A stretch of 64,000 nucleotides of DNA from Sphingopyxis sp. (lineage in GTDB: Bacteria; Pseudomonadota; Alphaproteobacteria; Sphingomonadales; Sphingomonadaceae): the NCBI GenBank assembly GCA_017745175.1, contig JAGHZY010000016.1, positions 17,105 to 81,104 on the forward strand, written 5' to 3'. A program made the translations under genes and the position numbers. Of the stretch, positions 28,549 to 37,145 are shown one piece after another (the stretch's first letter is position 1; the number at the start of each line of letters is the position of its first letter). The notes beneath the pieces are model-generated. The model was not told the origin of the DNA, ran no database searches, and saw nothing but the letters and a program-made list of their open reading frames with translations.

Positions 28549-29679
28549 TTGTTCCAGCCTCTGACGAAGCCCGATCTCGGCCCCGCGGCGGCGGGCGCGC
28601 AAATCTATTGCCGCCCGGCTTGTTTCATCGATCGTCCGCACGAACTCGATGACGCTTGCCTGCGGATCGCCGACACGATGGTCTGGTTCGCCGCCTGGCA
28701 TATCAGTCTGCGCGACGGCTTGACCGTGAAATCGGCGATCGTGCCGGTTCCCGAACTCGACGGCTGGATCGCGGCGATGCCCGAGCGGCTGGCCGAGGCG
28801 GCGACGGCGCAGCGCGCAGGCGTCGCGCGTCCGCGCGGCAATCTCCAACTCGGCGCGCGCACGATCCGGCTCAACGAGCCGCAGATCATGGGCATATTGA
28901 ACGTCACGCCCGACAGTTTTTCGGACGGCGGCAAGCATGTCGATGCGGTCGCGGCGGCCGAGGCCGGCTTCGCGATGGGCGCCGCGGGCGCGGCGATCGT
29001 CGACGTCGGCGGCGAATCGACGCGGCCCGGATCCCCGCTCGTCTGGGAAGGCGACGAGATCAGGCGCGTCGAGGGCGTCGTGTCGGCGCTGGCGAAGGGC
29101 GGCGCAGCAGTGTCGATCGACACGCGCAAGGCCGCGGTGATGGAGGCGGCGCTCGCTGCGGGAGCGCATATCGTCAACGATATTTCGGCGCTGCGTTACG
29201 ATGACCGGGCGATGGACGTCGTCGTGCAGGCGGGCTGTCCGGTGGTGCTGATGCACGCGCCGTCGGCGAAGAGCGACCCGCATGAAGGCGGGAATTATGC
29301 GCATGTGCTGTTCGACGTTTACGACATGCTCGCCGAGCGCGTCGCGGCGTGCGTTGCCGCGGGGATCGAGCGGTCGAAGATCATCGTCGATCCGGGGCTC
29401 GGTTTCGGCAAGGGGGTCGGCGACAATCTCGCGCTCATCAATGGTCTGGCGCTGTTCCACACGCTGGACTGCCCGGTGCTGTTCGGCGCGAGCCGCAAGC
29501 GGATGATCGGCGCGCTCGACAATGAGGCGCCCGCCGACCGGCGGCTCGGCGGTACGGTCGCGCTCCATTATCAGGCGGCGACGCAGGGCGCGCAGCTTCT
29601 CCGCGTCCACGATATCGCGGAGAACCGGCAGGCGCTGCGGGTCTGGCGCGGGCTGCGCGATGCGGCGCTGACCGGCTGA
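28549..29679 (+). CDS. folP: dihydropteroate synthase (with an N-terminal extension of about 100 aa)
   Basis: DHPS motifs GILNVTPDSFSDGG, DVGGESTRPG, DPGLGFGK. The start is uncertain: the track start is a TTG, and no in-frame ATG lies close upstream. Confidence 0.8.
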   Translation: MFQPLTKPDLGPAAAGAQIYCRPACFIDRPHELDDACLRIADTMVWFAAWHISLRDGLTVKSAIVPVPELDGWIAAMPERLAEAATAQRAGVARPRGNLQLGARTIRLNEPQIMGILNVTPDSFSDGGKHVDAVAAAEAGFAMGAAGAAIVDVGGESTRPGSPLVWEGDEIRRVEGVVSALAKGGAAVSIDTRKAAVMEAALAAGAHIVNDISALRYDDRAMDVVVQAGCPVVLMHAPSAKSDPHEGGNYAHVLFDVYDMLAERVAACVAAGIERSKIIVDPGLGFGKGVGDNLALINGLALFHTLDCPVLFGASRKRMIGALDNEAPADRRLGGTVALHYQAATQGAQLLRVHDIAENRQALRVWRGLRDAALTG

Positions 29680-31170
29680 TCAGGCCGCTGTGTCGATCCC
29701 GAGGTCGCTCAATTTGCGATAGAGCGTCGAGCGCCCGATGCCGAGCCGGCGCGCGACTTCGCTCATCCGGCCGCGATAATGGCCGATCGCGAGGCGGATG
29801 ACGTCGGCCTCGATCTCCTCGAGCGGGCGAAGGTTACCGTCGGGCAGGTAGAGCGTGACGCCGATCGCCTCGCCGTTGATCGCGATGTCGCTGACGCTGC
29901 CCACGCCGCCGCCGAGCGCGGCTTCGATCGCACGGAAATCGGCGCTGGTCAGGACATCGGTCCGGCTTTCGACCGCGGCGCGGAACAGCACATCCTGCAG
30001 CTGGCGGACATTGCCCGGCCATGCATAGGCGGCGAGCAGGCGCAGCGCGTCGTCGGTGACGCCGATCGGGCCCATCCCCGGCAAACCGCCGATGCGTGCG
30101 AGCAGATGGCGCGCGAGCGGCCCGACGTCGCCGCGGCGCTCGGAGAGCGAGGGCAGGGTGAATTGCGCGCTCGACAGCGCGTAGAAGAGATCCTCGCGGA
30201 AATGTCCGGCTTCGATCAGCTTGTCGAGCGGGCTCGCGCACGTCGCGATGATCCGCACGTCGACGCTCTGGCGGATCGAGCCGCCGATCATCTGCACTTC
30301 GCCGCTGTTGAGGAATTCGACGAGCTTCGCCTGCGTTTCGAGCGGGATGCATTCGACATGGTCGATGATGATGCTGCCGCCGTCGGCCTGCACGAGCCGT
30401 CCGACCTGCCGGTCGAACGCGCCGGGAAAGGCACCGCGTTCGTGGCCGAAGAGGCCCGAGCCGATCAGCCCCGGCGACACTGCCGAGCAGTCGACCATCA
30501 CGAGCTGGCCGCGCGCGCGGGGGGAGGCGCTGTGGATCGCACGGGCGAAGACTTCCTTGCCGGTGCCGGGCTTGCCGTTGATCATCACCGGGACGCGCGC
30601 GCGCGCGGCCTTGGCGGCGATCGCGAGCGCGCTGCGGAAATTGGGGCTCGACCCGATGATTTCCTCGAATGCCAGCGGCGCACGCAGCTTCTCGGTCAGC
30701 GGACGCAGCTCGCCCTGCGGGCCGCTCGTCGACACCACGCGGTCGAGCGCCTCGAGCAGGCGGTCGGGCGCGATGGGCTTCTGGACGAAGTCGCTCGCCC
30801 CGGCGCGCATCGCACCGACGGCGACCTCGACCCCGTTGCGCATGGTGATGACGATGAGCGGCAGCGCGGGGCGCCAGCGGCGCAGCTCGGCGACGAATTC
30901 GGCGATGTCGAGGCCCGGCGTGCCCTGATCGACGAGTACGGCGTCGAGCGCCAGACCTTCCTGCGTCCCGAGCTTGGCGAGCGCGGTATCGGTATCGGGT
31001 GCGATGATGCTGCGCCAGCCGCCGCGCGACACGAGGGCCGCCAGAAAGCGCTGTTGGGCAGGCTCGCTGTCGACGATCATCACCATTCGCGTGTCGCGCG
31101 TGTTCGTCATCGTATCGAATCTGCCCCCTGAACCGACATTGCTATGGGTTTGTTCTGCTGAGGAGGTCAT
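29680..31170 (-). CDS. NtrC-family response regulator (receiver + AAA+ + Fis HTH) with degenerate sigma-54-interaction and ATPase motifs
   Basis: Receiver (MVMIVDSE ... AVLVDQGTPGLD). AAA+ domain with GKPGTGKE, GHERGAFPGA and GGSIIIDHVE. C-terminal HTH (EVARRLGIGRSTLYRKL). The start codon is uncertain (M1, M21, M29 or M31). Confidence 0.75.
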   Translation of the reverse strand: MTSSAEQTHSNVGSGGRFDTMTNTRDTRMVMIVDSEPAQQRFLAALVSRGGWRSIIAPDTDTALAKLGTQEGLALDAVLVDQGTPGLDIAEFVAELRRWRPALPLIVITMRNGVEVAVGAMRAGASDFVQKPIAPDRLLEALDRVVSTSGPQGELRPLTEKLRAPLAFEEIIGSSPNFRSALAIAAKAARARVPVMINGKPGTGKEVFARAIHSASPRARGQLVMVDCSAVSPGLIGSGLFGHERGAFPGAFDRQVGRLVQADGGSIIIDHVECIPLETQAKLVEFLNSGEVQMIGGSIRQSVDVRIIATCASPLDKLIEAGHFREDLFYALSSAQFTLPSLSERRGDVGPLARHLLARIGGLPGMGPIGVTDDALRLLAAYAWPGNVRQLQDVLFRAAVESRTDVLTSADFRAIEAALGGGVGSVSDIAINGEAIGVTLYLPDGNLRPLEEIEADVIRLAIGHYRGRMSEVARRLGIGRSTLYRKLSDLGIDTAA

Positions 31171-31359
31171 GACTATCCGATAGGGGTAAAAGGGCGATTA
31201 AGGGCATTCGGCTTTTCCTGCTGCAGAGTCTAGGGTCACATATCCGCCAAACCCGCACTTGAGCATCGCGGGGCGCGTGGCTAAGACCGGCGCGATAACC
31301 GATTCTGGGTGCCGCGCTGTGCGTTCGCGCACAGGACCGGCCGCAAAAGGGGAAAAGCG

Positions 31360-31482
31360 ATGGCACAGCAGGAAATGAAGGCAGCGAACGAAACCTATGC
31401 GGGTTTCATCAGCCTGTTCAAGATCGGCTCGATCATCACCGCGGTCGTCGTCGTCGGCGTCGTCCTTCTCATCGCATCCTGA
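31360..31482 (+). CDS. 40-aa single-TM protein, resembles 'aa3-type cytochrome c oxidase subunit IV' (PF07835-like) small proteins
   Basis: It falls below the ORF-track length cutoff. Sequence: ATG at 31360, MAQQEMKAANETYAGFISLFKIGSIITAVVVVGVVLLIAS, TGA at 31480-31482. A purine-rich stretch (aaaggggaaaagcg) lies upstream. It sits 12 nt upstream of pntAA. Confidence 0.6.
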   Translation: MAQQEMKAANETYAGFISLFKIGSIITAVVVVGVVLLIAS

Positions 31483-31494
31483 CCGGCTTCGCGC

Positions 31495-32616
31495 ATGCGC
31501 ATCGCTGTCCTGAGGGAGCTCGCCGAAGGCGAGACCCGCGTCGCCGCGACCCCCGAAACCGTGAAGAAATTCATCGGGCTGGGCGCCGAAGTTGCCGTTG
31601 AATCGGGGGCGGGCGAACAAGCCTCGATCGCCGATGCCGATTATAGCGCGGCTGGCGCGAGCGTCGGTAGCCGCGCCGACACGCTGAAGGGCGCGAACAT
31701 CATTCTCGCAATCCAGGCCCCCGATCCGAAAGGGCTTTCGGGCTTTGCCGATGGCGCCTGGCTTGCCGCGGGACTCAACCCGTTCGGCGAGCGGTCGCGG
31801 GTCGACGATTATGCGAAGCTGGGACTCGAAGCGCTCGCGATGGAATTCATGCCGCGGATCACGCGCGCGCAGTCGATGGATATCCTGTCGAGCCAGGCGA
31901 ATCTCGCGGGCTACAAGGCGGTGCTGATCGCGGCGAACGCCTATGGCCGTGCCTTTCCGATGATGATGACCGCCGCGGGCACCGTCAGCGCCGCCAAGGC
32001 GTTCGTGATGGGCGTCGGCGTTGCGGGGCTGCAGGCGATCGCGACCGCACGGCGTTTGGGGGCGCAGGTCAGCGCGACCGATGTGCGCGCCGCGACCAAG
32101 GAGCAGATTCTCAGCCTCGGCGCGAAGCCGATCTTCGTCGAGACCGTCGCGGGGATCGAGGGCGAGGGCGCGGGCGGCTATGCGACCGAAATGTCCGACG
32201 AATACAAGGCGGCGCAGGCCGAGCTGGTGTCGTCGCATATCGCGAAGCAGGACATCGTCATCACCACCGCGCTGATCCCGGGGCGCCCCGCGCCGCGGCT
32301 GATCTCGGACGCGCAGCTCGCGACCATGCGCAGCGGCAGCGTGATCGTCGACATGGCGGCCGAAAGCGGCGGCAATGTCGAAGGCTCGGTGTCGGGCGAG
32401 GCGAAGAAGATTCACGGCGTCACCGTGATCGGCGCGAAGAATATCGCCGCGCTGATGCCCGCCGACACGAGCGCGCTGTTCAGCCGCAACCTGTTCAACT
32501 TCCTCTCCGCCTTCTGGGACAAGGAGGCCGGCAAGCCCGTGCTCGACGAGGAAATCGGCAATGCCGTGCGCCTGACGCAGGGCGGCAAGGTCGTGAACGA
32601 GCGGTTGCTGGGCTAG
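31495..32616 (+). CDS. pntAA: NAD(P) transhydrogenase subunit alpha, part 1 (dI domain)
   Basis: 373 aa: MRIAVLRELAEGETRVAATPETVKK, Rossmann motif GVGVAGLQAIATARRLGA. Confidence 0.9.
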   Translation: MRIAVLRELAEGETRVAATPETVKKFIGLGAEVAVESGAGEQASIADADYSAAGASVGSRADTLKGANIILAIQAPDPKGLSGFADGAWLAAGLNPFGERSRVDDYAKLGLEALAMEFMPRITRAQSMDILSSQANLAGYKAVLIAANAYGRAFPMMMTAAGTVSAAKAFVMGVGVAGLQAIATARRLGAQVSATDVRAATKEQILSLGAKPIFVETVAGIEGEGAGGYATEMSDEYKAAQAELVSSHIAKQDIVITTALIPGRPAPRLISDAQLATMRSGSVIVDMAAESGGNVEGSVSGEAKKIHGVTVIGAKNIAALMPADTSALFSRNLFNFLSAFWDKEAGKPVLDEEIGNAVRLTQGGKVVNERLLG

Positions 32617-32620
32617 GGCG

Positions 32621-32986
32621 ATGGGACTGTTCAGCGCCGGGGATATCGACATCGCCGGCGCGCAGGCCGAGTTTCAGGCGTGGCTGATCGAGGGCGAGCG
32701 CGTGCTCGCGGCGTTCCGGACGATCCGCGATACGGTGCTGCTGACGAACCTGCGTTTCATCTTCGTCGATGTGCAGGGGCTGACGGGATCGAAGAAGGAT
32801 TTCCAGAGCATTCCGTGGCGTTCGGTCACGCGCTTCTCGTTCGAGACCGCCGGAACCTTCGACCTCGATGCCGATATGAAGGTGTGGGTCTCGGGCGCTG
32901 CGACGCCGCTCGAGGTCAAGATTTCGCGCAAGAGCGACCCGCAGAAAATCCAGCAGTTGATGGCGCAACTGATCGTCGGCCGCTGA
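32621..32986 (+). CDS. bacterial PH-domain (bPH/DUF1696-like) protein
   Basis: 121-aa ORF 5 nt after pntAA. The pattern WLIEGERVLAAFRTIRDTVLLTNLRFIFVDVQGLTGSKKDFQSIPWRSVTRFSFETAG fits bacterial pleckstrin-homology domains. Confidence 0.55.
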   Translation: MGLFSAGDIDIAGAQAEFQAWLIEGERVLAAFRTIRDTVLLTNLRFIFVDVQGLTGSKKDFQSIPWRSVTRFSFETAGTFDLDADMKVWVSGAATPLEVKISRKSDPQKIQQLMAQLIVGR

Positions 32987-33002
32987 CGAAAAGCAAAAAA
33001 AT

Positions 33003-33020
33003 GGCCGATTTCGGCCTTTT
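33003..33020 (+). terminator. rho-independent terminator (bidirectional type)
   Basis: aaaaaaat-GGCCGA-tt-TCGGCC-tttt, immediately after the PH-domain gene stop. Confidence 0.7.
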
Positions 33021-33094
33021 CATGAAACTCCCTTTGGTTACTATGCGTTGAGGGTTTCCCTGACCCTCACTTTCAACCAGTTGGAGAATGATTG

Positions 33095-33724
33095 ATGTTG
33101 CCTGCGAAGCTTTTCGCCACTCCCCTCCTTGTGCTTGCCACTCTCTCGCCCGCCCACGCGCAGGACACTGCCGCTCCGGCCGAAACCGAAGTCGCCGTCG
33201 ATGCCGCCGCTCCCGGCGATACCGCTGTTGATGCCGCTGCCGATGTGGCTGCCGACGCCGCCGCACCTGTCGAGCAGACGGGTATCGCGCTCGAACTCGG
33301 TACCAAACCCGACCACAAGACGCTCGCCAATGCGCTGACCGCCGCCGGCGTGTCGGAAAAGCTCGCCGGCCAGCCCTTCACCATTTTCGCGCCGACCGAT
33401 CAGGCCTTTGCGGCGGTGCCGCAGCCGATGACCGACTGGCTGATGAACCCGGGCAACACCGAATCGCTCGCCAAGGTGCTGACCTATCATGTCGTCCCGG
33501 GCCGCGTGACCGCCGAGGATCTGTTCGCGAAGATCAAGGCCGGCGGCGGCAAGGCGACGCTCACCACCGTCGAGGGCGAGGCGCTGACCTTCACCGAGGT
33601 GCAGGGCAACATCAAGGTCGACGGCACGCAGGGCAGCAGCGGCTTCATCACCCAGCCCGACGTCGAGCAGTCGAACGGTAATATTCATGTCATCAACGGC
33701 GTGTTGATGCCGACGCTCGGCTGA
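33095..33724 (+). CDS. fasciclin (FAS1) domain protein, secreted
   Basis: ATG at 33095, 7 nt after GGAGA. Signal peptide ending AHA|QD. Ala/Asp/Pro-rich low-complexity linker. FAS1 motifs FTIFAPTDQAF and NGNIHVINGVLMP. Confidence 0.8.
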   Translation: MLPAKLFATPLLVLATLSPAHAQDTAAPAETEVAVDAAAPGDTAVDAAADVAADAAAPVEQTGIALELGTKPDHKTLANALTAAGVSEKLAGQPFTIFAPTDQAFAAVPQPMTDWLMNPGNTESLAKVLTYHVVPGRVTAEDLFAKIKAGGGKATLTTVEGEALTFTEVQGNIKVDGTQGSSGFITQPDVEQSNGNIHVINGVLMPTLG

Positions 33725-33765
33725 TGATTCGCGCCGCCGCGGTCGTCATTTTGAAGGACAAGGAT

Positions 33766-34341
33766 ATGAAAACCCCCCTCATCCTGACGGCCGCGGCGGC
33801 CGCACTCGCGCTGTCGGGTTGCGGCAAGAGCGAGACCCCGGCCGAGACGACGACCGTCGCGGATCGCGAAACGGCGCCCGCCGTCGCCGCGAGCGGCACG
33901 ATCGCGTCGAATCTGGCCGCAGCGCCCGATCACAAGTCGTTTGCCGCCGCATTGCAGCAGGCAGGGCTTGCCGAAATGCTGTCGGGCACGGGGCCGTTCA
34001 CGGTCTTTGCGCCGACCGACGCCGGTTTTGCGCAGGTGCCGCCGGTGACGCGCGACGGCTGGATGCGTCCGGCGCAGAAAGAGGTGCTCGCGGGCGTGCT
34101 CGAATATCATGTCGTTCCGGGCAAGCTGACCGCTGCCGACCTCGCCGCGAAAATTGCCGAAGGCGGCGGCAAGGCGGTGCTCGGGACCGCCGACGGGCAG
34201 GACCTGACGGTCAGCAAGAGCGGCGAAAATTTTCTGCTCACCAGCAGCAGCGGCAACAAGGCGACGGTGACGCAGGCCGACGTCGCCCAGTCGAACGGCG
34301 TCGTCCACGTGATCGACGCGGTGCTCGAACCCAAAATGTAA
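33766..34341 (+). CDS. fasciclin (FAS1) domain lipoprotein
   Basis: ATG at 33766 (MKTPLILTAAAAALALSGCGK, lipobox). FTVFAPTDAGF and NGVVHVIDAVLEP. Tandem paralog of the preceding gene. Confidence 0.8.
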   Translation: MKTPLILTAAAAALALSGCGKSETPAETTTVADRETAPAVAASGTIASNLAAAPDHKSFAAALQQAGLAEMLSGTGPFTVFAPTDAGFAQVPPVTRDGWMRPAQKEVLAGVLEYHVVPGKLTAADLAAKIAEGGGKAVLGTADGQDLTVSKSGENFLLTSSSGNKATVTQADVAQSNGVVHVIDAVLEPKM

Positions 34342-34347
34342 AAAACA

Positions 34348-34366
34348 GCGCCGGCTCGCCCGGCGC
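34348..34366 (+). terminator. candidate intrinsic terminator hairpin
   Basis: GCGCCGG-ctcgc-CCGGCGC is preceded by aaaaaa and followed by agcgatatttta. The T-tract is weak. Confidence 0.4.
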
Positions 34367-34506
34367 AGCGATATTTTATGTCGCCAGACACCCGCATTTC
34401 CCGCGCCGGGAGATGCGGGCGCTGCTTTTTGCCCGCTTTGGAGTCGACACACCCCGCGGGGCGCGGCAAGAGGTGCGCGAAACGGAATCAGCAGGGGAGC
34501 GAGCCC

Positions 34507-34788
34507 GTGGATTTTATCGCGATTTTTTCGATTTTCGTCCTGGCCTGCTTTGTCGGCTATTTCGTCGTCTGGTCGGTGACCCCGGCGCTGCACACGCCGC
34601 TGATGAGCGTCACCAACGCCATTTCGTCGGTGATCATCGTCGGCGCGCTGATCGCCAGCGCGGCGGCGGGTTCGGCCTCGTCGAAATGGCTCGGGCTGGC
34701 CGCCGTCGTGATGGCTAGCATCAACATTTTCGGCGGCTTTGCGGTCACGGCGCGCATGCTCGCGATGTACAAGAAGAAGGAGCGCTGA
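34507..34788 (+). CDS. pntAB: NAD(P) transhydrogenase subunit alpha, part 2 (membrane dII segment)
   Basis: In-frame GTG at 34507 ([41 protein letters not shown]...), 93 aa. The track ORF start at 34378 adds an Arg/Cys-rich, non-protein-like leader. Confidence 0.8.
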   Translation: MDFIAIFSIFVLACFVGYFVVWSVTPALHTPLMSVTNAISSVIIVGALIASAAAGSASSKWLGLAAVVMASINIFGGFAVTARMLAMYKKKER

Positions 34789-34789
34789 G

Positions 34790-36277
34790 ATGGAGTTTCA
34801 GTCGATCCTTTCCGCCGCCAGCGGCGGCCACGGCCTCGCGGTCAACCCTTGGGCGGCCGTCGCCTATCTGGTAGCCGGCGTCCTCTTCATCCTCGCGCTG
34901 CGCGGGCTCTCGAGCCCGGCGACGGCGCAGGCGGGCAATCGCTTCGGCATGGCGGGCATGCTGATTGCTGTCGTCACCACGCTGCTCACCCATGCGCCGG
35001 CCACCGCCGACGGCCTGCTCGACACGATCGGGCTCGTTGAAATCCTCGTCGCGATCGGAATCGGTGCCGTCATCGGTATCGTGATGGCGCGGCGGATTGC
35101 GATGACCGCGATGCCGCAGCTTGTCGCGGCCTTCCACAGCCTTGTCGGCCTGGCGGCCGTCGCGGTTGCGGCTGCCGCCTATCTCAATCCCACCGCATTC
35201 GGCATCGCCGACGCTGCGGGCGAGATTTTCACCGTCAGCCGCATCGAAATGGGGCTGGGTATCGCGATCGGTGCGATCACCTTCTCGGGCTCGGTCATCG
35301 CCTTCCTGAAACTCAACGGCAACATGTCGGGTTCGCCGATCATGCTGCCCGCGCGGCACGTCATCAATCTCGGCACGCTGGCCGCGATCATCGGTCTGGT
35401 CGCCTATTTCACGGTCGATCAGAGCCCGTGGGTGTTCTGGACCGTTACCGGGCTCAGCTTCGCTATCGGCTTCCTGCTGATCATCCCGATCGGCGGCGCC
35501 GACATGCCCGTCGTGGTGTCGATGCTCAACAGCTATTCGGGCTGGGCCGCGGCGGCGATGGGCTTCACGCTCGGCAACACCGCGATGATCATCACCGGCG
35601 CGCTCGTCGGCTCGTCGGGTGCAATCCTGTCGTACATCATGTGCCGCGCGATGAACCGCAGCTTCATCAGCGTGATCGCGGGCGGCTTCGGCGCCGACGA
35701 TTCGGGCGGCGGCGCGGGCGGTTCGAAGGAACAGCGCCCGTGGAAGCCCGGCAGCGCCGAGGACGCCGCCTTCCTGATGAGCCAGGCCGAAAATGTCATC
35801 ATCGTCCCCGGATACGGCATGGCGGTCGCGCAGGCGCAGCACGCGCTTCGCGAAATGGCCGACCAGCTGAAGAAGGAAGGCGTGAACGTCAAATATGCGA
35901 TCCACCCGGTCGCCGGCCGCATGCCCGGTCATATGAACGTGCTGCTCGCCGAGGCGAACGTCCCCTATGACGAGGTGTTCGAGCTCGAGGACATCAACGG
36001 CGAATTCGCGCAGGCCGACGTGGCTTTCGTGATCGGCGCGAACGACGTGACGAACCCCGCGGCAAAGACCGACAAGACGTCGCCGATTTACGGCATGCCC
36101 GTGCTCGACGTCGAAAAGGCGAAGACCGTGCTGTTCGTGAAGCGCTCGATGGGCGGGGTCGGCTATGCCGGCGTCGACAACGACGTCTTCTATATGGACC
36201 AGACGATGATGCTGCTCGGCGATGCCAAGAAGATGGCCGACGACATCGTCAAGGCCCTGAGCGGTAGCGGTCACTGA
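34790..36277 (+). CDS. pntB: NAD(P) transhydrogenase subunit beta
   Basis: ATG at 34790, 2 nt after the pntAB stop. The N-terminus is polytopic. The C-terminal dIII domain shows IIVPGYGMAVAQAQH, HPVAGRMPGHMNVLLAEA and GANDVTNP. Confidence 0.9.
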   Translation: MEFQSILSAASGGHGLAVNPWAAVAYLVAGVLFILALRGLSSPATAQAGNRFGMAGMLIAVVTTLLTHAPATADGLLDTIGLVEILVAIGIGAVIGIVMARRIAMTAMPQLVAAFHSLVGLAAVAVAAAAYLNPTAFGIADAAGEIFTVSRIEMGLGIAIGAITFSGSVIAFLKLNGNMSGSPIMLPARHVINLGTLAAIIGLVAYFTVDQSPWVFWTVTGLSFAIGFLLIIPIGGADMPVVVSMLNSYSGWAAAAMGFTLGNTAMIITGALVGSSGAILSYIMCRAMNRSFISVIAGGFGADDSGGGAGGSKEQRPWKPGSAEDAAFLMSQAENVIIVPGYGMAVAQAQHALREMADQLKKEGVNVKYAIHPVAGRMPGHMNVLLAEANVPYDEVFELEDINGEFAQADVAFVIGANDVTNPAAKTDKTSPIYGMPVLDVEKAKTVLFVKRSMGGVGYAGVDNDVFYMDQTMMLLGDAKKMADDIVKALSGSGH

Positions 36278-36323
36278 GGACCAAGCGGCGGCGGGCACTG
36301 GCGGCTTGCCGCAAAACTTCGTT

Positions 36324-36352
36324 CGCGGGCTTGCCCGCGGGCGCCAGTTTTT
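36324..36352 (+). terminator. candidate terminator hairpin downstream of pntB
   Basis: CGCGGGC-tt-GCCCGCG is followed 8 nt later by ttttt. Confidence 0.45.
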
Positions 36353-36365
36353 CTAGCCAAGTTCG

Positions 36366-36391
36366 GGACCGGGTCCGGCGAGACCCGGTCC
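36366..36391 (+). terminator. perfect 10-bp-stem hairpin downstream of pntB (terminator or regulatory element)
   Basis: GGACCGGGTC-cggcga-GACCCGGTCC is followed by tgttgcattt. It lies 23 nt upstream of the racemase start. Confidence 0.45.
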
Positions 36392-36413
36392 TGTTGCATT
36401 TCGGAGGACCATC

Positions 36414-37109
36414 TTGCGCAAAATCGGCCTGATCGGGGGAATGAGCTGGGCATCGACCGAGCTTTATTACCGCCATCTCAACAAGGGGGTGCAAAAGCGC
36501 CTTGGCACCGCCTGCTCGGCGCCGATCCTGATGGAGAGCCTCAACTATTGCGAGCTGTCGCGGATCACGACCCCCGAACAATGGGCGCATGCTAAGGAGG
36601 TGCTCATCGCCTCGGCGCAGCGGCTCGAGGCCGCCGGCGCGACCGCGCTGATGATCGCGGCCAATTCGATGCACAAGGTTGCCGAGGACGTCGCAGCAGC
36701 GATCTCGATCCCGATCCTGCATATCGTCGACGAGACGGGCGAGAAGATGAAGGCGGACGGGGTCAAAGCGGCTGCGGTCATCGGCACGCGCAACGTGATG
36801 ACCGAGCCCTGGTTCCGCCAGCGCCTCGTCCGTCACGGGCTGACGCTTGCGCCCTATGACGCGAGCCGCGCCGACGAGATCGACCGGATCATCTATGAAG
36901 AGCTGATGCTCGGCAAGGTGAACGAAAGCTCGCGCCGGACGATGAAGACCTTCATTACCGATATCGCGAAACAGGACATCCAGGCGATCGTGCTGGCGTG
37001 CACCGAGCTGGTGATGCTGGTCGACACCGACGCCAATCTGCTGCCGATCTACGATACGACGCGCATCCATGTGGCAGCAGGCGTCGACTGGATTTTGGGC
37101 GAGGGGTGA
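36414..37109 (+). CDS. aspartate/glutamate racemase family protein
   Basis: TTG start 6 nt after GGAGG. KIGLIGGMSWASTELYY, and ACTEL as the second catalytic Cys motif. Confidence 0.8.
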   Translation: MRKIGLIGGMSWASTELYYRHLNKGVQKRLGTACSAPILMESLNYCELSRITTPEQWAHAKEVLIASAQRLEAAGATALMIAANSMHKVAEDVAAAISIPILHIVDETGEKMKADGVKAAAVIGTRNVMTEPWFRQRLVRHGLTLAPYDASRADEIDRIIYEELMLGKVNESSRRTMKTFITDIAKQDIQAIVLACTELVMLVDTDANLLPIYDTTRIHVAAGVDWILGEG

Positions 37110-37116
37110 ATGGGCT

Positions 37117-37138
37117 CCCCTTCCGCAAGCGGGAGGGG
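37117..37138. repeat. palindromic intergenic repeat, family 2; probable bidirectional terminator between convergent genes
   Basis: CCCCTTCCGC-aa-GCGGGAGGGG, identical to 25637-25658. It lies between the stops at 37109 (+) and 37146 (-). Confidence 0.8.
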
Positions 37139-37145
37139 GCCAAAA

